Source: a virus (lineage: Duplodnaviria; Caudoviricetes). From it: a DNA stretch of 53,007 nucleotides. Both the position numbers and the translations under genes were made by a program. Shown piece after piece: positions 39,001-48,243 of this stretch. A model generated the notes under the pieces. The model was given only the letters and a program-made list of their open reading frames with translations. It searched no databases and was not told where the DNA came from. Each line of letters begins with the position of its first letter. Within the stretch, counting starts at the first letter, position 1. Location of the stretch: IMG/VR virus record IMGVR_UViG_3300031519_000027, positions 1 to 53,007 of that record. The stretch is one strand, 5' to 3'.

Positions 39001-41278
39001 CGCCTCCGGCTCCGCATTAGTCCCACAGCCACCACTCACAGCAACAATCGCAACCGTTAGAGATGCTATCGACCGTACGCTCGCCGCAGTATCGGGTGGC
39101 AATGTCGCCTTTTCCAATTTTGCATTTAAGTCAGGTTCGGCCAACCAACCTCAAAAGGATACGGCAACCACAGAACCATTCCCTAAAGGTGGTACTGCGA
39201 ACAGACCTGCCATTTGGTTTAGTGGTGCGGCCCCACACTTTACGACCCCTGTTGATTCGGTGGCAATATGGCAAGGAACAGAAGGATTCGCACTTCCGGC
39301 GCAGGGTGGATTCGGACGAATGGGAACAGGATTCGGACAGGGTGCATCATTCACATACAACGAGGGATTCAATACAGTTCGCTCAACCTTCACCGACGGT
39401 GGAATGTCCCTCTCATTCAATGGCATAGCAGTCGGAACCGACGAATCAGCGGCGGAACCCGTATGGGCTTTCCAAATCAAGTCGTGTGCAGTATCCGCAT
39501 CCCGTGACCGTCGTCCATATTGGCTCAAAATGGGTTCGACTACCATGCCCGTCGAATACTCGTTACTAAGCAATGAGGAACCGGTGGTTGTTGGTAAGAA
39601 TGTCACAAACATTCACGACGACCCATTCGCTGTCTACCGAACCGGCACTGATAGGTCATACTTCCACCAACCGGCGGTTGAAACATTATTGGGTCTAATG
39701 GATACTTACTTTCCCGAACAATTCCCTGAAGGTCTAAGCAGAGGTAAGGACTCCGCAGGATACCTTCTTGCACCCGACAATCCAATGATACAGACTTCCA
39801 ATGTTGATTTGCAAGTGGACTCTATGACACTTCGTCACATACCAACACCGGCAATGTTGCCGTTCACGGTTGATACGATTGCTCAACGCGCACCGGACGG
39901 AGTATCGGGATACATCACATTGGCAAGATACACGCAATTGGTCATTGAAGCCGAAAACATAGAACCTGATAAGCGTAACTTCATCACAGTATCACTATTC
40001 AATCCACCATCAAGCACTACAATTGCCAAGGAGGCTACGAGTCCAATTACAGGTTTCCAAGACTTAGACCCTGAGTTCTTGGGCGGAGTGGGTGCAGTTG
40101 ACCTAACGGGTTTGCCAAGTAACATCCGAGAAACAGGGTTCGTCGTCCGATTCAATTTCTATGTACCTGACACCACATATCCTGAATTGCACCCGATAGA
40201 TTGGAGGAAGACTCCGATTATCCGGTCGTATCGAGTGTTTTACGACCATCGTCCGACCGCTAACGCAACAATCGTTGGCAACACCTATGACGGCTCAACG
40301 GCTACAACCGTTGGCTTGCCATTCGGTTCATCTCCGGTCGGATTCAATTCAAAGGTCGGCCACATCGTATCGCTGAAAATGGCAGGAACCACGACTGACC
40401 CCGATAGAAAAATTGCCAAATTGAGAGCGTTTTGGGGAGACGGGACTGACACTGATTGGATAGATATAGTGACCCCTGCGTCCACTGTTGATTATGATGT
40501 GAGCCATGTGTATTCGACACGGCCTTCCTCACCATTCAAATACGACATCATCGTGTACGCAATGGATGACGCAGGCAACATCTCGTTCCCAAGCGTGACT
40601 GTTCAAGCACTCATAAATGCGGCCGAGCCGGTTGCAATTTTGAGAGCCGTTCCATCAATGGTTAGGGCAGGGCAAGTAATCCGAATGGACGGCTCTGACT
40701 CATACACTATTGACACCGATACCACATTATCGGCATACACTTGGACTTTTGGTGACGGGTCATCACAGGTTGTCGGTTCGACAGTAAATCAAGACCACAC
40801 CTATGCTATCGCCGGTGAATACATGGCGACTCTTATCGTAACCGATAGCATTGGGACAGTTAGTCCATCGGCAAAGGCGGTCGTCAAAGTATTGCCTGCC
40901 ACACTCGTCGTTCCACTGACGCTCTCCACCAAGCCGACTTCATTCACACGAACACGCTCGGCCAATTTGGCAAGCACACCAATCCTCGATGCAGTGTATC
41001 CTGAAGTCTCTGACATGGGAACCCGTGGAGATGTCTTCTCACTAAGCGGTATGTTCCTGCAAGCGACCCAAGAGACTGACATAGCCTTCATGGAGGAACT
41101 GTTGTTATCGGGTGCATTAGTCGAGTTCGAGTATCGTGCAGTGAACTTTGTCGGCACTGCTGACAGCAAGACATTCACAGGTCGCATGACTTCATTCGAT
41201 TACAACCGACAGGGTGGAAGCAACGACCGAACGCCATACTCCGCCACATTCATCCGTGAAGCCGGATTGGGTGCATGA
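36089..41278 (+). CDS. Large tail/baseplate protein with PKD domains and a C-terminal Dit-like domain
   Basis: FWGDGT and WTFGDGS...HTYA..GEYMATLIVTD PKD motifs; immediately after TMP. Confidence 0.7.
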   Translation: MASFQKNPITKFSRVKNDLAELQRWWPVNIRDDGTLGITVDPVLFKTDFGTQIMNRTDGEAEVAGVRVEAINDDGTSLAGTEPTITISGSGTFSPVCTVNHTDGTTTKFMLVAPSLKITSGPVSNGVWTDINATGTDGLTMLSGAGDGTGVNAGKVHLPMNLSESGKTNRDGPYPIFMTVQEFVEMIDTYRHVGNVDSDKPAWIPHRQEPQTVDYEMSSPAFPDITADPRTPVVGTDAFPTTSPYRATVFMPMMLDNNQMAIQAGGSTLWGTAGGSMTAGQWNKNGITRYNQSPLISPLVVYKRVGTSGDHQENLNISLTQDEDLNRAAIYTSSDTTESPSPKYRMAMALACFLKDGTYSLNDGVLIPYSYDASRDIGGVNTNTLYTTWDGLKGYGDFVTTEEWQKTSAGVYPLFDFVQGPITPRAQGSNWTQAVLSDHIQANAPLRYEVPPNAKESPVTGIEMAVGVVDGAGTQADPNRTNTYLKVTVLAEATFSASGATDPQHVPFTIGDSFYLKGVTGELGTEGTVSNGKIWPTRYSSRRKLLLGDDLDCNGWWKVSKVTTVAVGSDSAVTYWCILNPKWDLPAVTAYVPSDAKILAGRTGGPEYKYNTKFFDYVMSDASNSHTIASIEDGMGATWNDYQITDPNAPDNFQTEPPVSNQSWPALSKIGTGYQAGMNQGDNNVPPASSSNDTYPARPTLGQVGFKDTFGKYLPTRIIPRGIAIQTIGTDYVKGIDPDISKGNGSLRIPSPLGHDLCTRYNNVSVRGALSVSEAGNLSETDALVNIGQSSWRVRTDMPLEPEQKGLFDRDKWAWRGVSTPLWSFMDSETGNHAWDYIKPTGVTGIWTHGRNRPWPAHERMGTRLSMSPSLLPTGVGSDAGWVNGGIETNNMGMSEIGCSPIHLDIELGLFIPNKSNRMSIIEFDMNDADSELGRHHMIYGTNNRDKGFGFQPLWNGNEAGTYQIDSIYMDASGSALVPQPPLTATIATVRDAIDRTLAAVSGGNVAFSNFAFKSGSANQPQKDTATTEPFPKGGTANRPAIWFSGAAPHFTTPVDSVAIWQGTEGFALPAQGGFGRMGTGFGQGASFTYNEGFNTVRSTFTDGGMSLSFNGIAVGTDESAAEPVWAFQIKSCAVSASRDRRPYWLKMGSTTMPVEYSLLSNEEPVVVGKNVTNIHDDPFAVYRTGTDRSYFHQPAVETLLGLMDTYFPEQFPEGLSRGKDSAGYLLAPDNPMIQTSNVDLQVDSMTLRHIPTPAMLPFTVDTIAQRAPDGVSGYITLARYTQLVIEAENIEPDKRNFITVSLFNPPSSTTIAKEATSPITGFQDLDPEFLGGVGAVDLTGLPSNIRETGFVVRFNFYVPDTTYPELHPIDWRKTPIIRSYRVFYDHRPTANATIVGNTYDGSTATTVGLPFGSSPVGFNSKVGHIVSLKMAGTTTDPDRKIAKLRAFWGDGTDTDWIDIVTPASTVDYDVSHVYSTRPSSPFKYDIIVYAMDDAGNISFPSVTVQALINAAEPVAILRAVPSMVRAGQVIRMDGSDSYTIDTDTTLSAYTWTFGDGSSQVVGSTVNQDHTYAIAGEYMATLIVTDSIGTVSPSAKAVVKVLPATLVVPLTLSTKPTSFTRTRSANLASTPILDAVYPEVSDMGTRGDVFSLSGMFLQATQETDIAFMEELLLSGALVEFEYRAVNFVGTADSKTFTGRMTSFDYNRQGGSNDRTPYSATFIREAGLGA

Positions 41279-41287
41279 TACTTTTAG

Positions 41288-41324
41288 AGATACACTTATA
41301 TAGGGGTGGCACACAGGACTAAAC
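41288..41324 (+). promoter_or_regulatory. Class I promoter
   Basis: TTATATAGG at 41296, ATG at 41325. Confidence 0.8.
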
Positions 41325-41510
41325 ATGGACGAAGCAACCCCAACCCAATACGGACTCAAGCGAATCATCATCATGAACTTGAATCGAATAATCACCGACT
41401 ACTACTTGGCCGAGAGCATTCAAGCATACGGAGTGAACAAATTGGCTGACATGAAAGAAGAATGCCTCAACGCTGAACGCACACTCAAGACATTGTATAA
41501 CCTCGATTGA
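41325..41510 (+). CDS. 61-aa helical orphan (MDEATPTQ...)
   Basis: Leaderless start. Confidence 0.65.
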   Translation: MDEATPTQYGLKRIIIMNLNRIITDYYLAESIQAYGVNKLADMKEECLNAERTLKTLYNLD

Positions 41511-41536
41511 AATAGGTGGGAGTGGCAAGAACAGCC

Positions 41537-42697
41537 ATGCTGAATCCTAAACAGGTTGACGACTTGGCGGAGACGCTTGGTTTCAATCATTGGCCGAGAG
41601 CCATAGGGAATCCACGACAACACTTCGTCTATGCAACCGAGCAGGTCTATTCGTCCTTCAAGGATTGGTGGGGCGAGTCATCGTGCTTCATATCCACGAC
41701 GGGCTACGACAACCTCATATTCGACAACGGCAAGCAATCACCCCGTTCCATTATCTACGGCCTAACCTTCTTTGACTTCGACAATGACACCAAGCCGGAG
41801 AACGCATTTGCTGACGCACAGCGACTATCGCAATTCCTGACCGAACTCAATGTGGCACATTGGGTGCAATACAGTGGCTCAAAGGGCTACCATGTGTTCA
41901 TCGTGCATAAACCGACCCGCTTTAGATTTGAACACAGGGACGGCTCGGCAGAGGCTCTGAAGACTCTCGTGAACCAAACCCAAACGCACTTGAAAAAGAC
42001 GCTCGGATTGAACACACTTGATGAACAAACAACAGGCGACCCCAAGCGTCTTTGTCGTTTCCCGTTCACCCCGCACATCAACCGACACGGTGACAAATCG
42101 GGCAGGCACTCAATGCCCGTCCGAACAGAAGACCTGAACACGATAAGCCACTTCGATATTGAGAACATGTCGTATCGGCCAAAATACTTCTTGCCTGAAA
42201 TCGTCGGGGATAGGCTTACCTTGCCCGAACTAATCGAACTTCTTGATGTCAAATTGCATAAGCCGGAGACAGAGATTAAGCCTGTCATCAACGCCGACTT
42301 TGGCTTCACTGATTCAACGAGTGAAACAGCCGTATTTACAGCCGCCCTTGAGCATCGGTGCATGGGAGTGGTCAATGAACTCAAGCGACGCAATCCAAGC
42401 CACTCAAGCAGGGTTTATTCGGCTCTATTCGCTAAGACCGTTGGTATGCCTATGGATGTCTTTGAGCAAGTGTGGATGGAGTTAGGAACTCGCATGGGTT
42501 ATGTTGACTTGCATAACACCGAACACAGGCAGTATCAAATGAAGACTCTCTTCGATGACCCACGCTTCGTATCATTCCCCAATTGCTCGACGCTCAAGGC
42601 GAAGGGTTGTTGCGTGGGCGAGGTATGTCCTCGCTTCATTGACATGGGCGAAGCAGTGCCAAAACGCATCATCAAACGAGGGTGGAATAAAAAATGA
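41537..42697 (+). CDS. Archaeo-eukaryotic primase, PriS catalytic domain fused to PriL-like Fe-S domain
   Basis: FFDFD, YSGSKGYHV, D.KRLCRFP; C-terminal C...H..R...PNCSTLKAKGCC...C. Confidence 0.85.
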   Translation: MLNPKQVDDLAETLGFNHWPRAIGNPRQHFVYATEQVYSSFKDWWGESSCFISTTGYDNLIFDNGKQSPRSIIYGLTFFDFDNDTKPENAFADAQRLSQFLTELNVAHWVQYSGSKGYHVFIVHKPTRFRFEHRDGSAEALKTLVNQTQTHLKKTLGLNTLDEQTTGDPKRLCRFPFTPHINRHGDKSGRHSMPVRTEDLNTISHFDIENMSYRPKYFLPEIVGDRLTLPELIELLDVKLHKPETEIKPVINADFGFTDSTSETAVFTAALEHRCMGVVNELKRRNPSHSSRVYSALFAKTVGMPMDVFEQVWMELGTRMGYVDLHNTEHRQYQMKTLFDDPRFVSFPNCSTLKAKGCCVGEVCPRFIDMGEAVPKRIIKRGWNKK

Positions 42698-43488
42698 GAA
42701 TTACACGATTAGACAAAATAGTGGACGACGAAGTGGCGATTGGAAAAATTGCTGACACGGGAACTCTGGGACAGAAGTTGGGCCTGTTGCGGGTTATGTC
42801 ACCCGATAACATCCACAGGCAAACCGTTGGAACTTCGATACTGACTGAAATGTTGAGTCGCCATCGAAGGATTGACCACAGGGAACACCCTCTTATGATA
42901 GGGTATTTCAGCACACTCGGATTTGAAGTGGCTCACCTAAAGACCGGAGAGGGCGACATGTCTGATGGAACTACGAGCATTGAACGCAAGGAAGACGACT
43001 TCATGGATAGCCTGTTCGATGACCGATGGCTTAGGCAATTGGGCGCAATGCGTGAAGAGGCCGAGCATTCGTTTTTGGTAGTCACGAAGTCGTATAACGA
43101 CATCAAGAACGAAGTCTCTGAGCGTGGAGTGTCTGAGCAGGTGCTAACCGGCTTCATAGCCGCACTGTGCGCCGTTGGCTACATTCCTCTATTCGTGGAC
43201 GATAAGTGGGATGCAAGCGTCATCATGCGTAAAATCATGGATAAAATCGTGGACGATACCTCACGACTCTATGTTCCAAGACCCCGTTCACCAAAGGCGA
43301 GTGCATACCGCAACGCCGTGATAGAGTCATTCCCCAAAATAGGAATCAAGACACGGCGAAAAATCGTGGCTGAATATCCATCTCTCGCTGACCTGACAAC
43401 AGCAACCGTCGAGAGCCTAATGGGAATCGAGGGAATCGGCAAGAAGACTGCCGAACGCATCTATGAGATTCTAAACGCAAACGATTGA
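42694..43488 (+). CDS. XPF/ERCC4 nuclease with HhH repeats
   Basis: IDHRE, GD, IERKxxDF, FPKIGIKT, IEGIGKKTAERI. Confidence 0.85.
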   Translation: MRITRLDKIVDDEVAIGKIADTGTLGQKLGLLRVMSPDNIHRQTVGTSILTEMLSRHRRIDHREHPLMIGYFSTLGFEVAHLKTGEGDMSDGTTSIERKEDDFMDSLFDDRWLRQLGAMREEAEHSFLVVTKSYNDIKNEVSERGVSEQVLTGFIAALCAVGYIPLFVDDKWDASVIMRKIMDKIVDDTSRLYVPRPRSPKASAYRNAVIESFPKIGIKTRRKIVAEYPSLADLTTATVESLMGIEGIGKKTAERIYEILNAND

Positions 43489-43490
43489 GC

Positions 43491-43542
43491 CGGCACAGTT
43501 ATATAGGTGAGGCTACGACAATAGAACACAGGAGACATAAAC
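43491..43542 (+). promoter_or_regulatory. Class I promoter with short leader and SD, heading an operon of small genes
   Basis: cggcacag TTATATAGG at 43499; AGGAG before ATG 43543 (21-aa ORF). Confidence 0.7.
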
Positions 43543-43610
43543 ATGAGCGAATTGAAAATACGAATTGAAACAGACGAATACATCTACGAAGAATATACGG
43601 AGGCTTGAAT

Positions 43611-43985
43611 GTGGCACGAGGCAACAGCAAAGGCATACGCCGTGACAAATTGGTGACGGATGCAATTGACCTGATGAAAGGTGAGCCGTTCACGGCAAGC
43701 GACATCATGGATACAATCAAAACACTGACATCGAGAGCGCCGTCTGTTCGTGAAATCGGAATGGTTCTAAGCAAGAAAAAACGCTTGGAAGAGATTCGAT
43801 ACATCGGCGAAGTCGGCACGAAAGGCAATCGAGAGATGCTTGAAGCGGCGGGATTGACTCAAGCAGGTGTCCGTAAGTCGGGTCTGTATATTGCCGGTGC
43901 GCCACCAATAGGTGATGTCGTATCCAACAATCGAAAGGCCAAGTCGGCTCAAGTCATCAAAGACCTGACAGGTGAGGAAGAATGA
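43611..43985 (+). CDS. Putative winged-helix DNA-binding protein
   Basis: FTASDIMD...PSVREIGMVLS; GGAGG before GTG 43611. Confidence 0.55.
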   Translation: MARGNSKGIRRDKLVTDAIDLMKGEPFTASDIMDTIKTLTSRAPSVREIGMVLSKKKRLEEIRYIGEVGTKGNREMLEAAGLTQAGVRKSGLYIAGAPPIGDVVSNNRKAKSAQVIKDLTGEEE

Positions 43986-44161
43986 AGCAATTCGACTGCT
44001 GTCTATGCGGTGAACTCGATGTCAAAGGTTGGGGCAACAACCCTCATCCATTTGGCCCACATGAAGGTCGGTGTTGCGACGAATGCAACATGGAGTTCGT
44101 GTTACCACAGCGGCTAAGGAACATTCTTATGGCAGAGGATACACGGAAGGTCGATGGCTAA
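43982..44161 (+). CDS. 59-aa Zn-binding protein (CCLCG...GNNPHP...CCDECN), absent from the ORF track
   Basis: Translated by hand; ATGA overlap; motif common in small phage proteins. Confidence 0.7.
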   Translation: MKQFDCCLCGELDVKGWGNNPHPFGPHEGRCCDECNMEFVLPQRLRNILMAEDTRKVDG

Positions 44162-44357
44162 GTATCAAGGGAACATTGCAATCAAGAATGACAGTCGTTG
44201 TTGCTACCTATGCGGTGGCAAAGTGATATGGGATTCTGAGGAATTGACAGACGAGGGCAATGGTGTGTATTTTGAAATATACCTCCACTGCACCGTATGC
44301 CGAGCCATGATTCAATATGTAATCCCAATCGAAGATGAAGGAGATGAATTAAAATGA
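44154..44357 (+). CDS. Zn-ribbon protein
   Basis: CYLCGG...CTVC. Confidence 0.6.
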   Translation: MAKYQGNIAIKNDSRCCYLCGGKVIWDSEELTDEGNGVYFEIYLHCTVCRAMIQYVIPIEDEGDELK

Positions 44358-44983
44358 AAGACTCATACTGTATAGTGATAAAGAATGGAGAAGATTGGAG
44401 AGTCCGATACGGATTGATGTTCGGCTCTGAATGGCAACCGTTGGAATGGACGGGTCGGGACTTATCACATGGAATAGACATCATGGTTGATGCCGGATTC
44501 AAGTTCCAAGAATTGGAGGAATGCACTTCTGACATTAACCGAATGGTCACATTCGACGGAGTGGAAAAGGAGACACTGATGAAGAAGGCTGAATTATTAC
44601 TCGATAATTGGGGCATCGTGGTATTCCAAATGAACGACACCGCATACAGAACACCTCTATGGTTCGCTGTAACAGGATTTAGCGACCAATTGGATGAAGG
44701 TGAATGGGCGACGGCAGAGGCCAATGTAGACCTTGCAGTGGCCTTGAATGGCATAGACCCTGAGAAGGCGTGTACTACGATGGTTTGGCGGCGTGACATG
44801 GTTCACCGTATCTCGGCCCGTAATGCTGACGGTAAGTTAGTGGCACAGGATGAGGACGAAAGAGCAAGGAGACGACCCAAAGAGCAAGCGAGAAGTAACT
44901 ATTGGTCGAAGCGTTTCCACCAATGGCATTATGCCGATAAGTGGGTAGAGATGCTCAACGAAGCAAGTAAAAAGAATTACTGA
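44354..44983 (+). CDS. Hypothetical protein
   Basis: 209-aa ORF in operon; SD GGAG. Confidence 0.6.
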   Translation: MKDSYCIVIKNGEDWRVRYGLMFGSEWQPLEWTGRDLSHGIDIMVDAGFKFQELEECTSDINRMVTFDGVEKETLMKKAELLLDNWGIVVFQMNDTAYRTPLWFAVTGFSDQLDEGEWATAEANVDLAVALNGIDPEKACTTMVWRRDMVHRISARNADGKLVAQDEDERARRRPKEQARSNYWSKRFHQWHYADKWVEMLNEASKKNY

Positions 44984-45020
44984 ACAATTCTTTCATATAC
45001 TTGGGGGTCATCCTTAACAC

Positions 45021-45233
45021 ATGGCATCATACCAAATCAACATCGTATTCAAAACAGACACCGTTCAATTGCACTTTGAGGGTTCACTCAAGGATGGAAT
45101 GAAGGAGGCGTGGTCTGTTTGCTCTAAGCGAAAGAGCGACCCCGTGTCAATCACCATGCAAAAGGCCGGAGCAACCTTGGCTCACGAGCGTGATGGGTGG
45201 CAAACCATTTCACCAATTGAACGAATTGGATGA
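45021..45233 (+). CDS. Small hypothetical protein
   Basis: TTCATATAC 29 nt upstream of ATG. Confidence 0.55.
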   Translation: MASYQINIVFKTDTVQLHFEGSLKDGMKEAWSVCSKRKSDPVSITMQKAGATLAHERDGWQTISPIERIG

Positions 45234-45266
45234 AGGCTAAATAGCCGAGTCATAGTATCATAGGTC

Positions 45267-45632
45267 ATGCACGAAGAGGATGAGGAACGAATGGTAGCGT
45301 TTTCATGGATTGTAGCCGGTACTTCCAACATGGAATTACACGGGTACTGTGACAAAGACGAGCCGAAGGAACCGACCATTCAAGTCCTGATGTCCGGCAA
45401 CGGAGCATGGTCTTTCAAGTTCAAAAAATTGTCCGGCTCCGGTCGGATTCAAGTCACCAAGGGTTGCGATTACAACCCATTAGATTTAATCGAATCTCTG
45501 TATCATCACATCACCAAACAGACACCGGAATCAACCGAAACGAACAAAAACCGCAAACCCAAAGCAACAATAGACTGTGACCCTAACAGGTCATTTGACA
45601 ATGTTATTGACTTTAGGGATGATTGGCAATGA
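45267..45632 (+). CDS. Hypothetical protein
   Basis: ORF track; co-oriented. Confidence 0.5.
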   Translation: MHEEDEERMVAFSWIVAGTSNMELHGYCDKDEPKEPTIQVLMSGNGAWSFKFKKLSGSGRIQVTKGCDYNPLDLIESLYHHITKQTPESTETNKNRKPKATIDCDPNRSFDNVIDFRDDWQ

Positions 45633-45913
45633 TGGCGTGGACGGAAGACGATGGAGACGGAATGACCGTAACCACATTATTCAATCTCAACAAATGGTCT
45701 GAGATTACTGCCTTTTGCGAATTGGTAGAGACTAACGGCGAATGGACGATTGAACTTGAAGACGATTCGTTCACCATGGATAACCCACGAGGTTCGTCTG
45801 ACGATTATCTCGATGTGTTGTTTGGGATTAACCGAGAGAAGACTATTGACACCGATAAGCCATTGGTGAACTTTAGGGGCGGCATGTTCTCATTCGATGT
45901 TTGGGAGGTTTGA
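45623..45913 (+). CDS. Acidic hypothetical protein
   Basis: ORF track; true start probably ATG 45629. Confidence 0.5.
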   Translation: MAMMAWTEDDGDGMTVTTLFNLNKWSEITAFCELVETNGEWTIELEDDSFTMDNPRGSSDDYLDVLFGINREKTIDTDKPLVNFRGGMFSFDVWEV

Positions 45914-45915
45914 GA

Positions 45916-48243
45916 ATGGTTGCGTTGGGAGTATTGACTCCGCTTGAATTGAGAGCATTATTGATTGCCAATGGAATCACGCCAAGCCTAAACGCCACAT
46001 ACGCTTCTATGAGACGAGAGGCCATTATAGCAGGTCTAATGCCTTCACCATCATCACTCGGCGTTGCCGGTGTTACCGGCCCAGCCGGCCCAGCAGGAGC
46101 CGATGGAGCCGATGGAGCCGCAGGGGGAGCGACAGGCCCAGCCGGCCCAACAGGAGCCGCAGGAACAGATGGAACAGATGGAACAGCCGCTACGATAGCG
46201 GTTGGCACTGTAACAACAGGAGCCGCAGGTTCAGCGGCCACAGTTAGTAATGTGGGAACATCATCAGCGGCAGTCTTTGACATGTCTATACCACAGGGAG
46301 TGCAGGGTATCCAAGGGACTGCCGGAACAGACGGCACTGATGGTACAGACGGCACTGATGGTACGGATGGTGTATCGGCAACAATAGCGATTGGTAATAC
46401 AAACACTCTTGCGGCAGGTTCAGCGGCCACAGTCGCCAATGTCGGAACCCCATTAGCGGGGATATTCGATTTTGGAATCCCGCAAGGTATCCAAGGACTG
46501 CAAGGGACAGCGGGAACCGATGGTACAGATGGAACGGACGGCACTGACGGAACAGCGGCGACAATAGCGGCGGGAACTACGACCACTCTTGCGGCGGGGC
46601 AATCGGCGACAGTAACCAACGCAGGCTCGGCATCAGCGGCAACATTCAATTTTGGAATCCCTCAAGGGACAGCGGGTACTGACGGGACAGATGGCACAGA
46701 TGGCACAGACGGGACTGACGGGGCGGCGGCCACGATAGCGGTTGCCTCGACAGCAACGGGTGCGGAAGGAACAAACGCAAGTGTGGTCAATGCAGGAACA
46801 ACATCGGCGGCATCACTCGTATTCACTATACCAAGAGGTGATACAGGAACGGACGGAACCGACGGTACTGACGGAACCGATGGAACGGCGGCCACTATTG
46901 CCGTTGGAACAGTGGCAACCGGTGCGGCAGGTTCAGCGGCCACGGTAGTCAATTCAGGAACGAGTTCAGCGGCAGTCTTTGATATGTCTATACCAACAGG
47001 TGCAACAGGCGCAACAGGTTCAACAGGTGCGGCGGGTGCTGATGGCTATGAAGAGGGTACACAGCAAGATGACCTTGCAACGGGTTGGTGGACTTTTGCC
47101 GTTGTTAAAGGAAGAGATACGGGGGCGGCTCAAAGAGCGCAAGCGCAATTTTACATCACCGACTCTGATAACGGAAGACACCGAACTGCTCACATCATGG
47201 CGGGGCATCAATTTGGTAGAGATGGCTCCAATTTTATCACACTAATGGGAACTTCATCTTACGGAACCAATGTCCCGTATTCGGGATTTAGAATGAAAGA
47301 AGGGAACACTTACGACGGAGCCGCTTTACAAATTAACATTTCCAATGCCCTTAATCGGATAAGACAATTTATGATGTTTAATCTCCAAACAGGCAATGGT
47401 TGGACTCTCCTTGACATTTGGTTGCCTGACGCCGATACAGCGGGTCATGATGCCCTGCTTGGGTTTAGACCAACAGGACTACCACCTCCCAACCAAGGCG
47501 GGGATTATGTGGATTTTCCGACGAGCATGGCTGTTCGTAAAACCCTTGACCTTGATGGTGATGTTGCTGACCCTGACTCCGGCGGAGGTATTGGAACCAC
47601 AGGTGGAATCTTTGCCGACACAGGCGCACGATTTGGCGGGACTCTAAGACAGTCAATCACCTCCGCAGTTATTCACGCCGATAGTAATGGCGACCTTGAG
47701 GCTCTAACGATTGGTTCGGGTCTTGCGCTCTCATCGGGAACACTCTCGGCATCAGGAGGGGTCGCACCCATAACAGGTGAATATGAAAAGTATTACCTCG
47801 ACGGTACTATTGGAACTGTTGCGAACGGCGTAACAACGCAAATTACATTCGGGGGTGCGGGAAGTTCTTTTATTCCCCTCTATAACACACCCGTGACGGC
47901 TTGGACTGTCGCCGGTATCAATACACTTGATATTTTACAATCCGGCCTTTACCAATTCACCTTTAGTGCATTCTTAGCGGCATTGAGTGGCTCGGTTGCT
48001 GATTATCGCATAACCATTTCATCCAATCCGTCACTCACAGGTGACTTACTCTCCTTCCGAAACAGAACATACATCGTTGACAGATACCACGGTTCAGGCA
48101 CAACCACTGTTTATTTGACAGCAGGTCAGCAAGTGTATTTGAGCGTACTTAACAATGGTGCGAATTATCAAGTCGGTGGGTACATAGGCGCAGTTGGTGC
48201 GGGCGAACTCCGAACATTCCTTGATGTAAGGAGGTTTGAATGA
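45916..48243 (+). CDS. Collagen-like tail fibre with five ~38-aa repeat domains and a C1q-like head
   Basis: (GTD)n triplets alternating with AATIAVGT...FD.SIPQG repeats; SGLYQFTFSA and LTAGQQVYL C1q-like motifs; SD GGAGGT. Confidence 0.8.
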   Translation: MVALGVLTPLELRALLIANGITPSLNATYASMRREAIIAGLMPSPSSLGVAGVTGPAGPAGADGADGAAGGATGPAGPTGAAGTDGTDGTAATIAVGTVTTGAAGSAATVSNVGTSSAAVFDMSIPQGVQGIQGTAGTDGTDGTDGTDGTDGVSATIAIGNTNTLAAGSAATVANVGTPLAGIFDFGIPQGIQGLQGTAGTDGTDGTDGTDGTAATIAAGTTTTLAAGQSATVTNAGSASAATFNFGIPQGTAGTDGTDGTDGTDGTDGAAATIAVASTATGAEGTNASVVNAGTTSAASLVFTIPRGDTGTDGTDGTDGTDGTAATIAVGTVATGAAGSAATVVNSGTSSAAVFDMSIPTGATGATGSTGAAGADGYEEGTQQDDLATGWWTFAVVKGRDTGAAQRAQAQFYITDSDNGRHRTAHIMAGHQFGRDGSNFITLMGTSSYGTNVPYSGFRMKEGNTYDGAALQINISNALNRIRQFMMFNLQTGNGWTLLDIWLPDADTAGHDALLGFRPTGLPPPNQGGDYVDFPTSMAVRKTLDLDGDVADPDSGGGIGTTGGIFADTGARFGGTLRQSITSAVIHADSNGDLEALTIGSGLALSSGTLSASGGVAPITGEYEKYYLDGTIGTVANGVTTQITFGGAGSSFIPLYNTPVTAWTVAGINTLDILQSGLYQFTFSAFLAALSGSVADYRITISSNPSLTGDLLSFRNRTYIVDRYHGSGTTTVYLTAGQQVYLSVLNNGANYQVGGYIGAVGAGELRTFLDVRRFE

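Noticed and set aside
45873-46952. Minus-strand (PSV)n ORFs
   Set aside because: Antisense shadows of the GTD collagen repeats
45916-48243. Diversity-generating retroelement target
   Set aside because: No reverse transcriptase and no adenine-variable TR/VR pair seen in the window
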